A stretch of DNA of 33,152 nucleotides from a virus (lineage: Duplodnaviria; Caudoviricetes): IMG/VR virus record IMGVR_UViG_3300036773_000258, positions 1-33,152 of that record. The stretch is one strand, 5' to 3'. A model generated the notes under the pieces. That model made no database searches and was not told the DNA's origin. It was given only the letters and a program-made list of their open reading frames with translations. The position numbers were made by a program, and so were the translations under genes. Shown piece by piece: positions 6,784-15,749 of this stretch (the first letter of the stretch is position 1; each line of letters opens with the position of its first letter).

Positions 6784-7160
6784 ACATGCGAGAACTTGAC
6801 GGCCATAAGGTCAATCCGGCGAACGATCAATTGCGAGTGCTGGTGATGGACGAGCCGGGGCAGGGCGGCGCGTGCCACCGGTATTCGATCGGCATTCCAT
6901 CGCAGGATCCGAACAGCACCGCGACCACGGTCCCGATTAATTTCCAGAACGGACCGATTGCCGAGGTTGGCGTCAATGGCGTGACGCACGAAGCACTGAT
7001 CGCGATCGTCATCGACCGCCTGCAGGCATTCCAGAAAGGCCCATACGCAGGCCGTGAGAATGCGCTGGCATTGACGAAACTGGAGGAAGCGCAGCACTGG
7101 CTGCAGCATTGCACCAAGGCGCGTATGGCCCGTGGTGTCGAGGGGACGCACACGCTATGA
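6780..7160 (+). CDS. tad1: Tad1-like anti-defence sponge protein (Acb2/Tad1 hairpin)
   Basis: GxGGAxHxY, FQNGP, GV...L..IVIDRLQAFQKGP...RENALALTKLEEA..W...R..RGVEGT match the Tad1 pattern along the full length (from recall). Confidence 0.8.
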   Translation: MNMRELDGHKVNPANDQLRVLVMDEPGQGGACHRYSIGIPSQDPNSTATTVPINFQNGPIAEVGVNGVTHEALIAIVIDRLQAFQKGPYAGRENALALTKLEEAQHWLQHCTKARMARGVEGTHTL

Positions 7161-7726
7161 AAACTTTCAGCCAAGCACCGGACGTGACCGACGCGATCGA
7201 CGCCGTGCGCGCCGAACACCACGAGGAGTTGACCGACGTCACCATCGCGGGGCTCTTCGCCTTCGACACCGAATCCTCGTTGCCGGTGCTCAAACACCAA
7301 GGCTACGCCGCCGGCGCTGTGGTGCGCATCACGCCCTTGAAAGACCGCGCCTTAGGCGTGGCCGATGCCACCATCGTGGTCGACCGCGCAGGCTGGCTCG
7401 CGCTCTCCGCATGCCAACGCAATGCCTTGATCGATCATGAGCTCACGCACCTCGAGGTCAAAACCGAGGAGGAGGAGGGCGCGAAGGAGCCTGTCCCTGT
7501 GTTCGATGCCTTAGGGAGACCTAAGCTTCTGATGCGCAAGCACGACCATCAGTTCGGATGGTTTGACGAGGTCGCGCAGCGTCACGGCGAAGCGAGCCCC
7601 GAAGTGCGCCAGGCTCGGGTGCTGATGGAGTCTTCGGGGCAGCTGTATTTTGACTTTGAGCCCCGCGCGGCGACGCCGCCAAAAGGCGGGCGCAAGCAGC
7701 CCCAGCGCGTGGACTTGAACGGATGA
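7157..7726 (+). CDS. Putative phage metallopeptidase (zincin HExxH)
   Basis: W..L...QRNALIDHELTH...RKHD...F.EV..RHG; ATG 7157 overlaps the tad1-like stop. Confidence 0.8.
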   Translation: MKTFSQAPDVTDAIDAVRAEHHEELTDVTIAGLFAFDTESSLPVLKHQGYAAGAVVRITPLKDRALGVADATIVVDRAGWLALSACQRNALIDHELTHLEVKTEEEEGAKEPVPVFDALGRPKLLMRKHDHQFGWFDEVAQRHGEASPEVRQARVLMESSGQLYFDFEPRAATPPKGGRKQPQRVDLNG

Positions 7727-8037
7727 GTGGCCGCTCCTCCCTGCGCGCCGCGATGGGCAACCGGGATGCCAATCACGGCGAGATCAGCGCGGCGTACGAA
7801 GCGCTGTACTGCCGGGTCGTCGATACCCACGGCCAGGGCGGCGGCTTCCCCGACATTGTCGTCAAGATCTCAACCAAGCGCGGACCCATCGCGGCCTTGG
7901 TCGAGATCAAAACGAGCGATGGCACGCTGTCGAAATCGCAGGAGCGCTTCATCGCCGAGTGGGGCAGTTGCGTCACGGTGGTGCAGACCAGGGACGATGT
8001 GTTTGCGCATGTCCAAAGGGTGAGGGGGCAACCATGA
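7723..8037 (+). CDS. VRR-NUC / Holliday-junction resolvase-like nuclease
   Basis: RDANH.EI, GFPDIVV, LVEIKT, LSKSQERF. Confidence 0.8.
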   Translation: MSGRSSLRAAMGNRDANHGEISAAYEALYCRVVDTHGQGGGFPDIVVKISTKRGPIAALVEIKTSDGTLSKSQERFIAEWGSCVTVVQTRDDVFAHVQRVRGQP

Positions 8038-8240
8038 CCATGCGCCGCACTTTTTGGGAACGACACCCGCTCACGAAAAGCGAAAAGCTACTTCGCCTCA
8101 TTGCTTGGTTGATTCTCTGCTGCTTCGTGCTTTCCGGCATCGTTTGGTTGTGGCCGGCATCGCTAATAGTCGCAGTTTCAGTGGCAATATTGGTGGCTGT
8201 GATATGGGCCATCCTTTTTCTAATCATGAGTGGGCAATGA
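8034..8240 (+). CDS. Two-TM small membrane protein, 68 aa
   Basis: Two hydrophobic segments; ATGA overlaps. Confidence 0.7.
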   Translation: MTMRRTFWERHPLTKSEKLLRLIAWLILCCFVLSGIVWLWPASLIVAVSVAILVAVIWAILFLIMSGQ

Positions 8241-8467
8241 GCGTCCCGCGCGCCCAAATCTTGGCCGATCTCATCGAGCGGCGGCGTATTCTCGCCGAAG
8301 CCAAAGCTCTGCGTGCGCAGCTCCAGGCGTTGATCGAACTGAGGCGCGTCTATGCGGCAGAGTCGATCGCGCAGCGCCATCAAATCACCCTGCGTCGCGT
8401 CAACACCATCGCCGCTTCCATTCGCTGGATAGGTCACAGTCCGAAAAGAAAGCTGTCAGAAGTTTAA
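8237..8467 (+). CDS. Small coiled-coil plus HTH protein, candidate late transcription activator
   Basis: AESIAQRHQITLRRVNTIA HTH; last early gene before terS. Confidence 0.6.
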   Translation: MSVPRAQILADLIERRRILAEAKALRAQLQALIELRRVYAAESIAQRHQITLRRVNTIAASIRWIGHSPKRKLSEV

Positions 8468-8505
8468 CTTTTTGACAGAACGGGCGACGTAAGAGGCGCT
8501 AGCGT
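8455..8505 (+). promoter_or_regulatory. Late promoter 1: dyad GTCAGAAGTTTAACTTTTTGACA, 22-bp spacer, TAGCGT
   Basis: Same dyad and spacing as 19412-19462. Confidence 0.75.
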
Positions 8506-8514
8506 ACGGCTCAA

Positions 8515-8949
8515 ATGCCGCGCCCCAGCGAATATAGCCAAGAAGTGGCGGACCTCGTCTGTGAGCGGATCGCCGACGGGGAGTCGCTGAGATCCATCTG
8601 CCAGGCCGATGAGATGCCCAATAAAGCCACGATCTTTAGGTGGCTTGCGGCGCATGCAGCGTTCAGCGACCAGTACGCGCGGGCGAGAGATGCTCAGGCG
8701 GATGCCTTGGCGGACGAAATCATCGACATCGCCGATGACGGGCGCCGCGACTATGGCAAAGCTTTAGATGGCCGCGATATCGTCGATCATGACCACATCG
8801 CGAGAGCACGCTTGCGGGTTGACGCTCGCAAATGGATCGCCGCCAAACTCAAACCTAAAAAATACGGGGATCAGTTAAGGACCGAACTCACGGGGGCCGA
8901 TGGCGGACCCGTGATCTTTCGAGCGCTCCCGTTGGATGAGGAGCTGTGA
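8515..8949 (+). CDS. terS: Terminase small subunit (Sf6 gp1-like)
   Basis: RPSEYSQEVADLVCERIADGESLRSIC...MP...TIFRWL...RLRVDARKW...PKKYGD. Confidence 0.9.
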   Translation: MPRPSEYSQEVADLVCERIADGESLRSICQADEMPNKATIFRWLAAHAAFSDQYARARDAQADALADEIIDIADDGRRDYGKALDGRDIVDHDHIARARLRVDARKWIAAKLKPKKYGDQLRTELTGADGGPVIFRALPLDEEL

Positions 8950-10286
8950 CGTTCGCTCTCACGGAGAAGCAAAAGCAGGCCCAAGTCATTTGCGCGGGCG
9001 ACGCTCAGCACGTGCTCTTGTACGGCGGGAGCCGCTCTGCGAAGACCTTTCTTCACGTGCGCAATGTCGTGGTGAGGGCTCTGAAAGCCCCGAAATCTCG
9101 CCATCTGATCGCCCGCTTTCGGTTCAATCAGGTCAAGACCTCGATCGTGTTTGACACCTTCCCCAAAGTGATGAGCTTGTGTTTCCCCGGGGTCAAGGCC
9201 GAGCTCTCGAAGTCTGATTGGTTTGCGACGCTCCCGGGGAAATCCGAGATCTGGTTCGCGGGGCTCGACGATAAGGAGCGCACGGAGAAAATCTTAGGCA
9301 ATGAATATGTGACCATTTTCTTAAACGAGGTGAGTCAGCTGACCTGGCAGACCCGGGAGATGATCATCACGCGCCTTGCGCAAAAGGTGGAACAGCAGAT
9401 CGAAGGGCGCGTGCCTGGGTTGATGCGCCTGCGGGCCTATTACGACTGCAATCCCACAAGCAAGGCGCATTGGACCTTTCGGCTGTTCAAACAAAAAGTG
9501 GACCCCGAGACCAAAGAGCCCTTATCGCAGCCGGCCAACTACGCCGCCTTCCAGATGAACCCTCGCGACAACATTGAAAACTTGAGCCCCGAATATCTCT
9601 CAACCTTGGCCGGGCTTAGTCACCGAATGCGACGAAGGTTCGAGCTCGGTGAATTTGCCGATGCCACCCCGAATGCCCTGTTCGATGAAGCCGATATCGA
9701 CAAATGGCGTGTGCTCGATGGAAGCGCACCACAAATGGTTCGAGTGGTTGTCGCAGTCGATCCTTCGGGCTCTGGCGATGAGGACAACGAGGACAATGAT
9801 GAAATCGGCATCGCGGTCGTTGGTCTTGGCATCGATGGCATCGGTTATGTGCTGGAGGACTGCAGCATCAAAGCAGGCCCTGCCACCTGGGGGAAAGTCT
9901 CGACCGACGCCTTTGACCGGCACAAAGCCGACACGATTGTCGGGGAGATCAATTTCGGCGGCGATATGGTGCGCGCGACGATTCAGACCGCGCGCCCACG
10001 AACGCCGTTTAAAAAAGTCACAGCGTCCCGGGGTAAGGCCTTAAGAGCGGAGCCCTTTTCCAGCCTCTACGAGCAAGGAAAGGTCCGGCACGTGGGGTTA
10101 TTCCCTAAGCTCGAGGACGAGCTGTGCGCACTCTCGACCACGGGCTATACCGGCACGGGCTCGCCCAACCGCGCGGACGCTGTGATTTGGGCTTTGGCTG
10201 AGATCTTCCCCGGCATGACCGCGGGCCCCAAGGTCGTGCGCGAGAAGCGTGAACGCGTAGTCGCGGGCGCTGGGTGGATGGGATGA
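8946..10286 (+). CDS. terL: Terminase large subunit
   Basis: Walker A YGGSRSAKT, Walker B-like IFLNE, DCNP motif, nuclease VAVDPSG. Confidence 0.92.
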   Translation: MTFALTEKQKQAQVICAGDAQHVLLYGGSRSAKTFLHVRNVVVRALKAPKSRHLIARFRFNQVKTSIVFDTFPKVMSLCFPGVKAELSKSDWFATLPGKSEIWFAGLDDKERTEKILGNEYVTIFLNEVSQLTWQTREMIITRLAQKVEQQIEGRVPGLMRLRAYYDCNPTSKAHWTFRLFKQKVDPETKEPLSQPANYAAFQMNPRDNIENLSPEYLSTLAGLSHRMRRRFELGEFADATPNALFDEADIDKWRVLDGSAPQMVRVVVAVDPSGSGDEDNEDNDEIGIAVVGLGIDGIGYVLEDCSIKAGPATWGKVSTDAFDRHKADTIVGEINFGGDMVRATIQTARPRTPFKKVTASRGKALRAEPFSSLYEQGKVRHVGLFPKLEDELCALSTTGYTGTGSPNRADAVIWALAEIFPGMTAGPKVVREKRERVVAGAGWMG

Positions 10287-10645
10287 TGCCCGTCGGCCCT
10301 CGCGGCTATCACTCGGCGCGCCTGACGATTGCATTACCCGTGGGTGTCCCAGAACACATGCGCGGCGGCATGCGCGAATTGATGTCACTCGAGGTGCCCG
10401 CGGAGGATCGCAGACAGGGGCTCGCCACCACCTTGATGGAGCGCACCGCCTCAGAAGCCGACGGCGCCGGGATCGTCCTCTTCATCCACGTACAGCCTTT
10501 CGATGAAGGGCTGACCCTCGATCAACTCGAAGCCTTCTACGCCAAGTTCGGCTTCGTCGTCATTCAAGAGCGCCCCCGCCTGATGGCTCGGCAGCCGAAG
10601 CGCAATCCAGGGTTGCGCCAAGCGATATCACGAGAACTCCATTGA
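10283..10645 (+). CDS. GNAT-family N-acetyltransferase
   Basis: Acetyl-CoA motif A VPAEDRRQGLATTLM and C-terminal LEAFYAKFGF. Confidence 0.85.
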   Translation: MMPVGPRGYHSARLTIALPVGVPEHMRGGMRELMSLEVPAEDRRQGLATTLMERTASEADGAGIVLFIHVQPFDEGLTLDQLEAFYAKFGFVVIQERPRLMARQPKRNPGLRQAISRELH

Positions 10646-12963
10646 CGACCGAGATCGTAGGCGAGACGGACGATAAGCCCGCGGTCACGGCCGATGAGGT
10701 ACTCACAGAAGCAAAAGCGTTCTTGGCGTTTTGCTTAGAAGCCGATGGCGAGAATCATCGCAACGGCTTGGATGACTTAAAGTTCCTCTCCGGCGATCAG
10801 TGGGATGAGGCGGACCGGCGCTCTCGGTCCATTCCAGGATCTGAGCGGCCCTGCCTGACCGTCAACAAGCTACCCACCTTTCTGCACCAGGTCACGAATG
10901 ATCTGCGTCAGAACGTGCCGGGGATCAAGGTCAGTCCCGTCGATGATGGGGCGGACGTCAAGGTGGCCGAAGTCCTACAGGGTGGAGTTCGGCATATCGA
11001 GTACGCCTCGAGCGCTTCAGTTGCCTATGACACGGCGGTGGGGAGTGCTGCTGCCATTGGCTTTGGTTATTTTCGTCTAGTCACCGAGTACTGCGACCCC
11101 GCCTCTTTTGACCAAGAGATCCGCATCAAGCGGATCCGCAACGCCTTCACCGTCTATTTCGATCCCATGTCGGAGGAGGCGGACGGCTCGGATGCGAAGA
11201 AAGCGCTCATCTCGACCAAGATGCAAAAGGCCGACTTCAAGCGCAGTTATCCGCAAGCCCAAATGGTCTATGACGGCTTTGATACGGGGGCCGGGGATCC
11301 TTCGAATTCGAATTGGCTGTGGTCCGATGCCGTGAGGGTGGCGGAGTATTACCGCATCATCGAGAAGCCCGATACGCTGATTGAGCTCTCGAACGGCGAA
11401 GTGGGCTTCAAATCCAAGCTCATCGAGATGCCCCCAGGCGTCACGATCGTGCGGGAGAGGGACACGGCCATCCCCACGCTCGAATGGTACAAGTTGACCG
11501 CGCTCGAGGTATTGGAAAAGACCGTCATCAAATGCAAGTGGATCCCGATCTTCCCGGTCTACGGCGATGAGGTGGATTTGGACGGCAAGGTGGTGCGCTC
11601 GGGGCTCATCCGCAACGCCAAAGACCCTCAGAAAATGTACAACTACATGCTCACCTCGGCAACCGAGGAGGTGGGCACGCGCAATAAGATTCCCTACATC
11701 GGGGCTGACGGACAGTTCGAAGGGTATGAGGATGATTGGGCGCAGGCCAATACACGCAACTGGCCCTATCTTGAATACAAGCCGGTGAACTTAGACGGGC
11801 AGTTAGCCCCAGCTCCTTCACGGCAGCCGATGGCCGATATCCCGAATGGCCTTTTGACCATGGCGCTGCACGCCAATGACAACATCAAGGCCACGACCGG
11901 GCTATTCGATTCGAGTTTGGGAGCGAAAGGCAATGCGACTTCAGGGGTGCAGGAGCGCTCCCAGCAACGTCAGGGCGATATTGCGAACTTTCACTACTCG
12001 GACAACTTAGTGCGGGCGATCAATCAATGCGCACGCTGCCTGATTTACATGTTCCCGAAGTATTACGACACGCAGCGCGTGCTCAAGATGATGGGCGAGG
12101 ATGGCAAGCTCTCGCACGCCGTCATCAATCAGCCCATCCCGCCAGAACAGCAACAGCCGGATCCAGAAACGGGCGCGATTCAGACCGTCTTGAACGATAT
12201 GACGGTGGGGGATTACGACGTCACAGTTTCAACCGGTCCCTCCTACTCGACCATGCGCCAGGAAGCTGCGGACTCGATGGTCACGATGAGCAAGAACTGG
12301 CCAAAGTTGATGGATGTGGCAGGGGACAAGGTCATTCGCGCGATGGACTGGCCGGGTGCGGATGGAATGGCCGATCGGGTCAAGGCGACCATTCCGCCGC
12401 AGATCCTTGCGAACGATCCGGAGGAGAAGGATCGAGAGCAGCAGCCAATGGTGCAAACGCCCAAAGGGCCGATCCCCTTGGAGCAAGCGGCGCAGATGCT
12501 CGGTGAGATGGATCAGCAGATCCAGGCGATGGGCCAAGCGCTGCAGGAGGCCAAGGCCGGCATTACCAAGACGCAGATCGAAACACAGAGTCGCGAGAAC
12601 ATCGCGAAATACCAGGTCGATGCCGAACAGCAGCGCGAAGCCGCCAGGGTCACCGCAGAGCGCGACCGTCAAGCAGCCGACGGACAGATCAAACTCGATA
12701 TCGCGGAATTGAACGGCATGGTGCAGCTGCTCGTCGCCAAAGCGAAAGAGACGGATGCCCTCAGGGCCGATGCGCAAGCCGTGACTTCGCAAGCAGAGCC
12801 CCCGGCGCCCACTGCTCCGGAAGACACCAAAAAGACCTTGAACGACATGCTGGCCGCGCATCCCGGCAAGCCCTCGTCCGTCAGTTCCACTGTCGTGGGG
12901 CCCAACGGCACCAAGTACACGGTGCAATCCGATCAATCGAAGCCTGGTGGAGATAAGGCATGA
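10642..12963 (+). CDS. Portal protein, P22-like with long C-terminal coiled coil
   Basis: DDLKFLSGDQW, RPCLTVNKL, GFGYFR, KDPQKMYNY, SY.T.RQEA; 773 aa after TerL. Confidence 0.92.
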   Translation: MTTEIVGETDDKPAVTADEVLTEAKAFLAFCLEADGENHRNGLDDLKFLSGDQWDEADRRSRSIPGSERPCLTVNKLPTFLHQVTNDLRQNVPGIKVSPVDDGADVKVAEVLQGGVRHIEYASSASVAYDTAVGSAAAIGFGYFRLVTEYCDPASFDQEIRIKRIRNAFTVYFDPMSEEADGSDAKKALISTKMQKADFKRSYPQAQMVYDGFDTGAGDPSNSNWLWSDAVRVAEYYRIIEKPDTLIELSNGEVGFKSKLIEMPPGVTIVRERDTAIPTLEWYKLTALEVLEKTVIKCKWIPIFPVYGDEVDLDGKVVRSGLIRNAKDPQKMYNYMLTSATEEVGTRNKIPYIGADGQFEGYEDDWAQANTRNWPYLEYKPVNLDGQLAPAPSRQPMADIPNGLLTMALHANDNIKATTGLFDSSLGAKGNATSGVQERSQQRQGDIANFHYSDNLVRAINQCARCLIYMFPKYYDTQRVLKMMGEDGKLSHAVINQPIPPEQQQPDPETGAIQTVLNDMTVGDYDVTVSTGPSYSTMRQEAADSMVTMSKNWPKLMDVAGDKVIRAMDWPGADGMADRVKATIPPQILANDPEEKDREQQPMVQTPKGPIPLEQAAQMLGEMDQQIQAMGQALQEAKAGITKTQIETQSRENIAKYQVDAEQQREAARVTAERDRQAADGQIKLDIAELNGMVQLLVAKAKETDALRADAQAVTSQAEPPAPTAPEDTKKTLNDMLAAHPGKPSSVSSTVVGPNGTKYTVQSDQSKPGGDKA

Positions 12964-15749
12964 GCGCGTTCGTCCCGATTCAAACGAGCGGTCTCGGCGA
13001 TACGCCCAAAGCCGCGGGAGATAAGATCAATGGCGGCTTTGCCGATGTCTATCCGCTTATCACGGCAGCATCGACGAATGCGACGAATGCGCTCACCGCG
13101 GCCAATAGCGCGACTGCGGGGCTGACTGCGACCAATGCAAACGTGGCGGCCAATTCGGCCAACATCACCACGCTCTTCGCTGACTTCGCCGGTATCGCCG
13201 GGAGCAACAGCCTGCAGGCGAGTGCACAGCCGAATATCTTCGCCGGCGGCATTACGGACAGCCGCTTGGGGCTAAACACCGCCATTCAAACGGCAGCGGC
13301 GGCCAATAAGACGCTGGTGATCGACTGCATCATCAAGGTGACGATCGGCACCGATATCACCAAAGCGATCTTTCTGCCGCCCAATGCGAGCATCCAGTTT
13401 TTGCCCGGTTGCTACATCATCACGGACCATATCTTGGTGCCGTTGTTCGTTATCTGCAATTCCTCCGACATCACCTTCAAAGACTATAACGTGCAGTACA
13501 TCGGCACGTTTGGTGTGACCGCGATCGATCAGCAGAACCCAGCGGTTGCCATTAACGGCACGCTCGGTAGTTTCAATGACGTGACTGTCAAGAACTACAT
13601 GGCGGCGAACTGGGGCAACACGTACTCAGGGTCAGGGAGTGGTCTGTTCCCCTCGGCGACCAATGCATGTGCACAGATTCTGATCAGCGGGCAGGCCAAG
13701 CGCATCAACTTTCTAGGGAAAACCCGAGCCTATGTGCCGGACAACGCCCCGGCGTGCAACTTCATCCCGTGCTTCATCTCGGTCTATCCGCAATGGAATG
13801 CGAACATGTTGGTGACCAGCGCGATTCAGATCAGCGCGCCCAATCCCACCACCGCCACCGCACCAGATCACATTCTGATTGAAGATCTCGAGCTCGACGG
13901 CTGCTGCATGGGAATCGTGGGCACCTGCCTTCACATCCAGGTCAACAACGCGCGCAGCATCCGCTATTCCGATATGCAGGATGCCAGCGGCAACAATGTG
14001 GGGGGCAAGACCTATAACGCGATCACCTTGGCCTCGACGCCGGTGACCGGCAACACCACGATCACGTTCTCGGCCCCCTGGGGTTTTGCGAGCAAGACCT
14101 ATACCGTGACCTTCAGCGATGGCTCAACCCGCTCCGTGCCCTTTGTATCGGGGTCCGCGATCTCCGGTGCATTCACGGCCTTAGGCGCCGGCACGTTCTC
14201 AAGCACCGTGCAAGTGAGCTATTCGAGCATGTGGGTGGCGCCGCCGCACTTGTTCTACCTGCATTCGCTCGATTTCGCCGGCAACTTTCCGTGCACGCAG
14301 AACTTAGGGATTATCTATGACGAAGGCGTGTATGTCGGCACGCCGAATCGCCGCGGTACGGGCTCCGGCTACTTAAACTCGATCAAGATCGAACCCGCCA
14401 ATGGCTCAAAGATCGTCGATTACACGACGCTGCGCCCGGATGGCGGGATGGATATCTTGGCCTTTGGCAACCAGAACGGCTCGGTCGGTAAGTTCTTGGC
14501 GATCTTCAATTCCTCGACCTCGCAGACCGGGCAGTGCGTCTTTACCGGAGCACTCACGGCGGCCACGAGCGCGAACCTCGCCGTGCCCTGGCCCTATGGG
14601 TCGGGCTCGCAGACCTACACGATCACGTTCAGCAACGGGACTTCGCAGACGGGCACCTTCATTAATGGCCAGACCTTGGTGACGTGGGCGAGTCCGGTCA
14701 CGGCGACCGCGATTGCCGGCGTCCTCATCACGACCCAAGGGGCTAACTTCCTCTGGCGCTTTCCTTCCTCACCCCCCATGGTCGGCTTTGGAATGGATTA
14801 CGAGGGGATTGATACCTCTCCTGCGCCCCCGAATGGCCCCTGCCAGGGCGATGGGCAGATTGGCAACACCGGCATCAACCTGCGCGGCCGAGTGACCATC
14901 AACGACATTCCCTTTGGCTCCGCGTGGCAGCCAGGATTTAGCTTCGGCGGCAACAACATTGTCATCGATCACACGATCATCCTGAAGAGCTGCTCGACGA
15001 CTCAAAACAGCATCGGCTTCTTTCCCAATACCGGTACGACCACGCTCACCGAATCGAGTGTGAATGTCACGGTCGTGGGCTGGCGCTCGGCGGCGATCAC
15101 CTTTACCGGTGCTTTGGTGGCCGCAACCTCAGCGACGCTTAACCTATGGAACTACGGCAACGGTACGTTCACGATTGCCTTCAGCGATGGCGAGCAGCGC
15201 CAGGTGACCGTCACAGGCACGGCTGCGACCTGGACTGGGGCCATCACGGCAGCGGCCACGGCCAATGTGCTGCTCTTAAATTCGAGCAACATCGACAACT
15301 ACAAGAACCGTCTCCAAATCACGCAGAAAGGTTTCTGCTACGGCAACCTCTTTACCTTCGTCGACACCACCAACGGTATCACGCAGACCGTGCGCGGCAA
15401 CTTGGTGGTGGAAGACTGGGTGCAGCAGTGGCAGGGCGCCCCCACGGGCGTCACCTACACGCTGCCGATTGCGTTCCCGACCACCTTTGCGGTGGTTGCC
15501 TCTGGCTACGACATCACGCAAACACTGACCGGTGCCGCCAACATCAGCTTGGGCTGGCCGGGAGCGACGACTGCGCTCGTCAATGCAGGCTCTGTCGCGC
15601 TCAATACCAACCCGTGGGCTAATCCCGGCACTCAGCTCGCCATTGCGGTACCGACCGCATCAGCCATGGTCATTACCGGCAACGCCTCGATCACGGGCGG
15701 CACGATGTACCTATCGGTCGCTGGCCAGCGCTATCAGATGGCCGGATGA
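12960..15749 (+). CDS. Large fibre/spike-like virion protein, beta-helix-like with internal repeats
   Basis: N-terminal GDT...KIN.GFADVY fibre motif, short coiled coil, Thr/Gly/Asn-rich beta body, three repeated W..(Y/F)T.tFS[DN]G modules. Confidence 0.65.
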   Translation: MSAFVPIQTSGLGDTPKAAGDKINGGFADVYPLITAASTNATNALTAANSATAGLTATNANVAANSANITTLFADFAGIAGSNSLQASAQPNIFAGGITDSRLGLNTAIQTAAAANKTLVIDCIIKVTIGTDITKAIFLPPNASIQFLPGCYIITDHILVPLFVICNSSDITFKDYNVQYIGTFGVTAIDQQNPAVAINGTLGSFNDVTVKNYMAANWGNTYSGSGSGLFPSATNACAQILISGQAKRINFLGKTRAYVPDNAPACNFIPCFISVYPQWNANMLVTSAIQISAPNPTTATAPDHILIEDLELDGCCMGIVGTCLHIQVNNARSIRYSDMQDASGNNVGGKTYNAITLASTPVTGNTTITFSAPWGFASKTYTVTFSDGSTRSVPFVSGSAISGAFTALGAGTFSSTVQVSYSSMWVAPPHLFYLHSLDFAGNFPCTQNLGIIYDEGVYVGTPNRRGTGSGYLNSIKIEPANGSKIVDYTTLRPDGGMDILAFGNQNGSVGKFLAIFNSSTSQTGQCVFTGALTAATSANLAVPWPYGSGSQTYTITFSNGTSQTGTFINGQTLVTWASPVTATAIAGVLITTQGANFLWRFPSSPPMVGFGMDYEGIDTSPAPPNGPCQGDGQIGNTGINLRGRVTINDIPFGSAWQPGFSFGGNNIVIDHTIILKSCSTTQNSIGFFPNTGTTTLTESSVNVTVVGWRSAAITFTGALVAATSATLNLWNYGNGTFTIAFSDGEQRQVTVTGTAATWTGAITAAATANVLLLNSSNIDNYKNRLQITQKGFCYGNLFTFVDTTNGITQTVRGNLVVEDWVQQWQGAPTGVTYTLPIAFPTTFAVVASGYDITQTLTGAANISLGWPGATTALVNAGSVALNTNPWANPGTQLAIAVPTASAMVITGNASITGGTMYLSVAGQRYQMAG

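Noticed and set aside
8472-8477. TTGACA here and at 19429-19434 as ordinary sigma70 -35 boxes
   Set aside because: No good -10 at 16-18 bp; the best -10 is at 22 bp in both, so they are treated as part of an activator dyad
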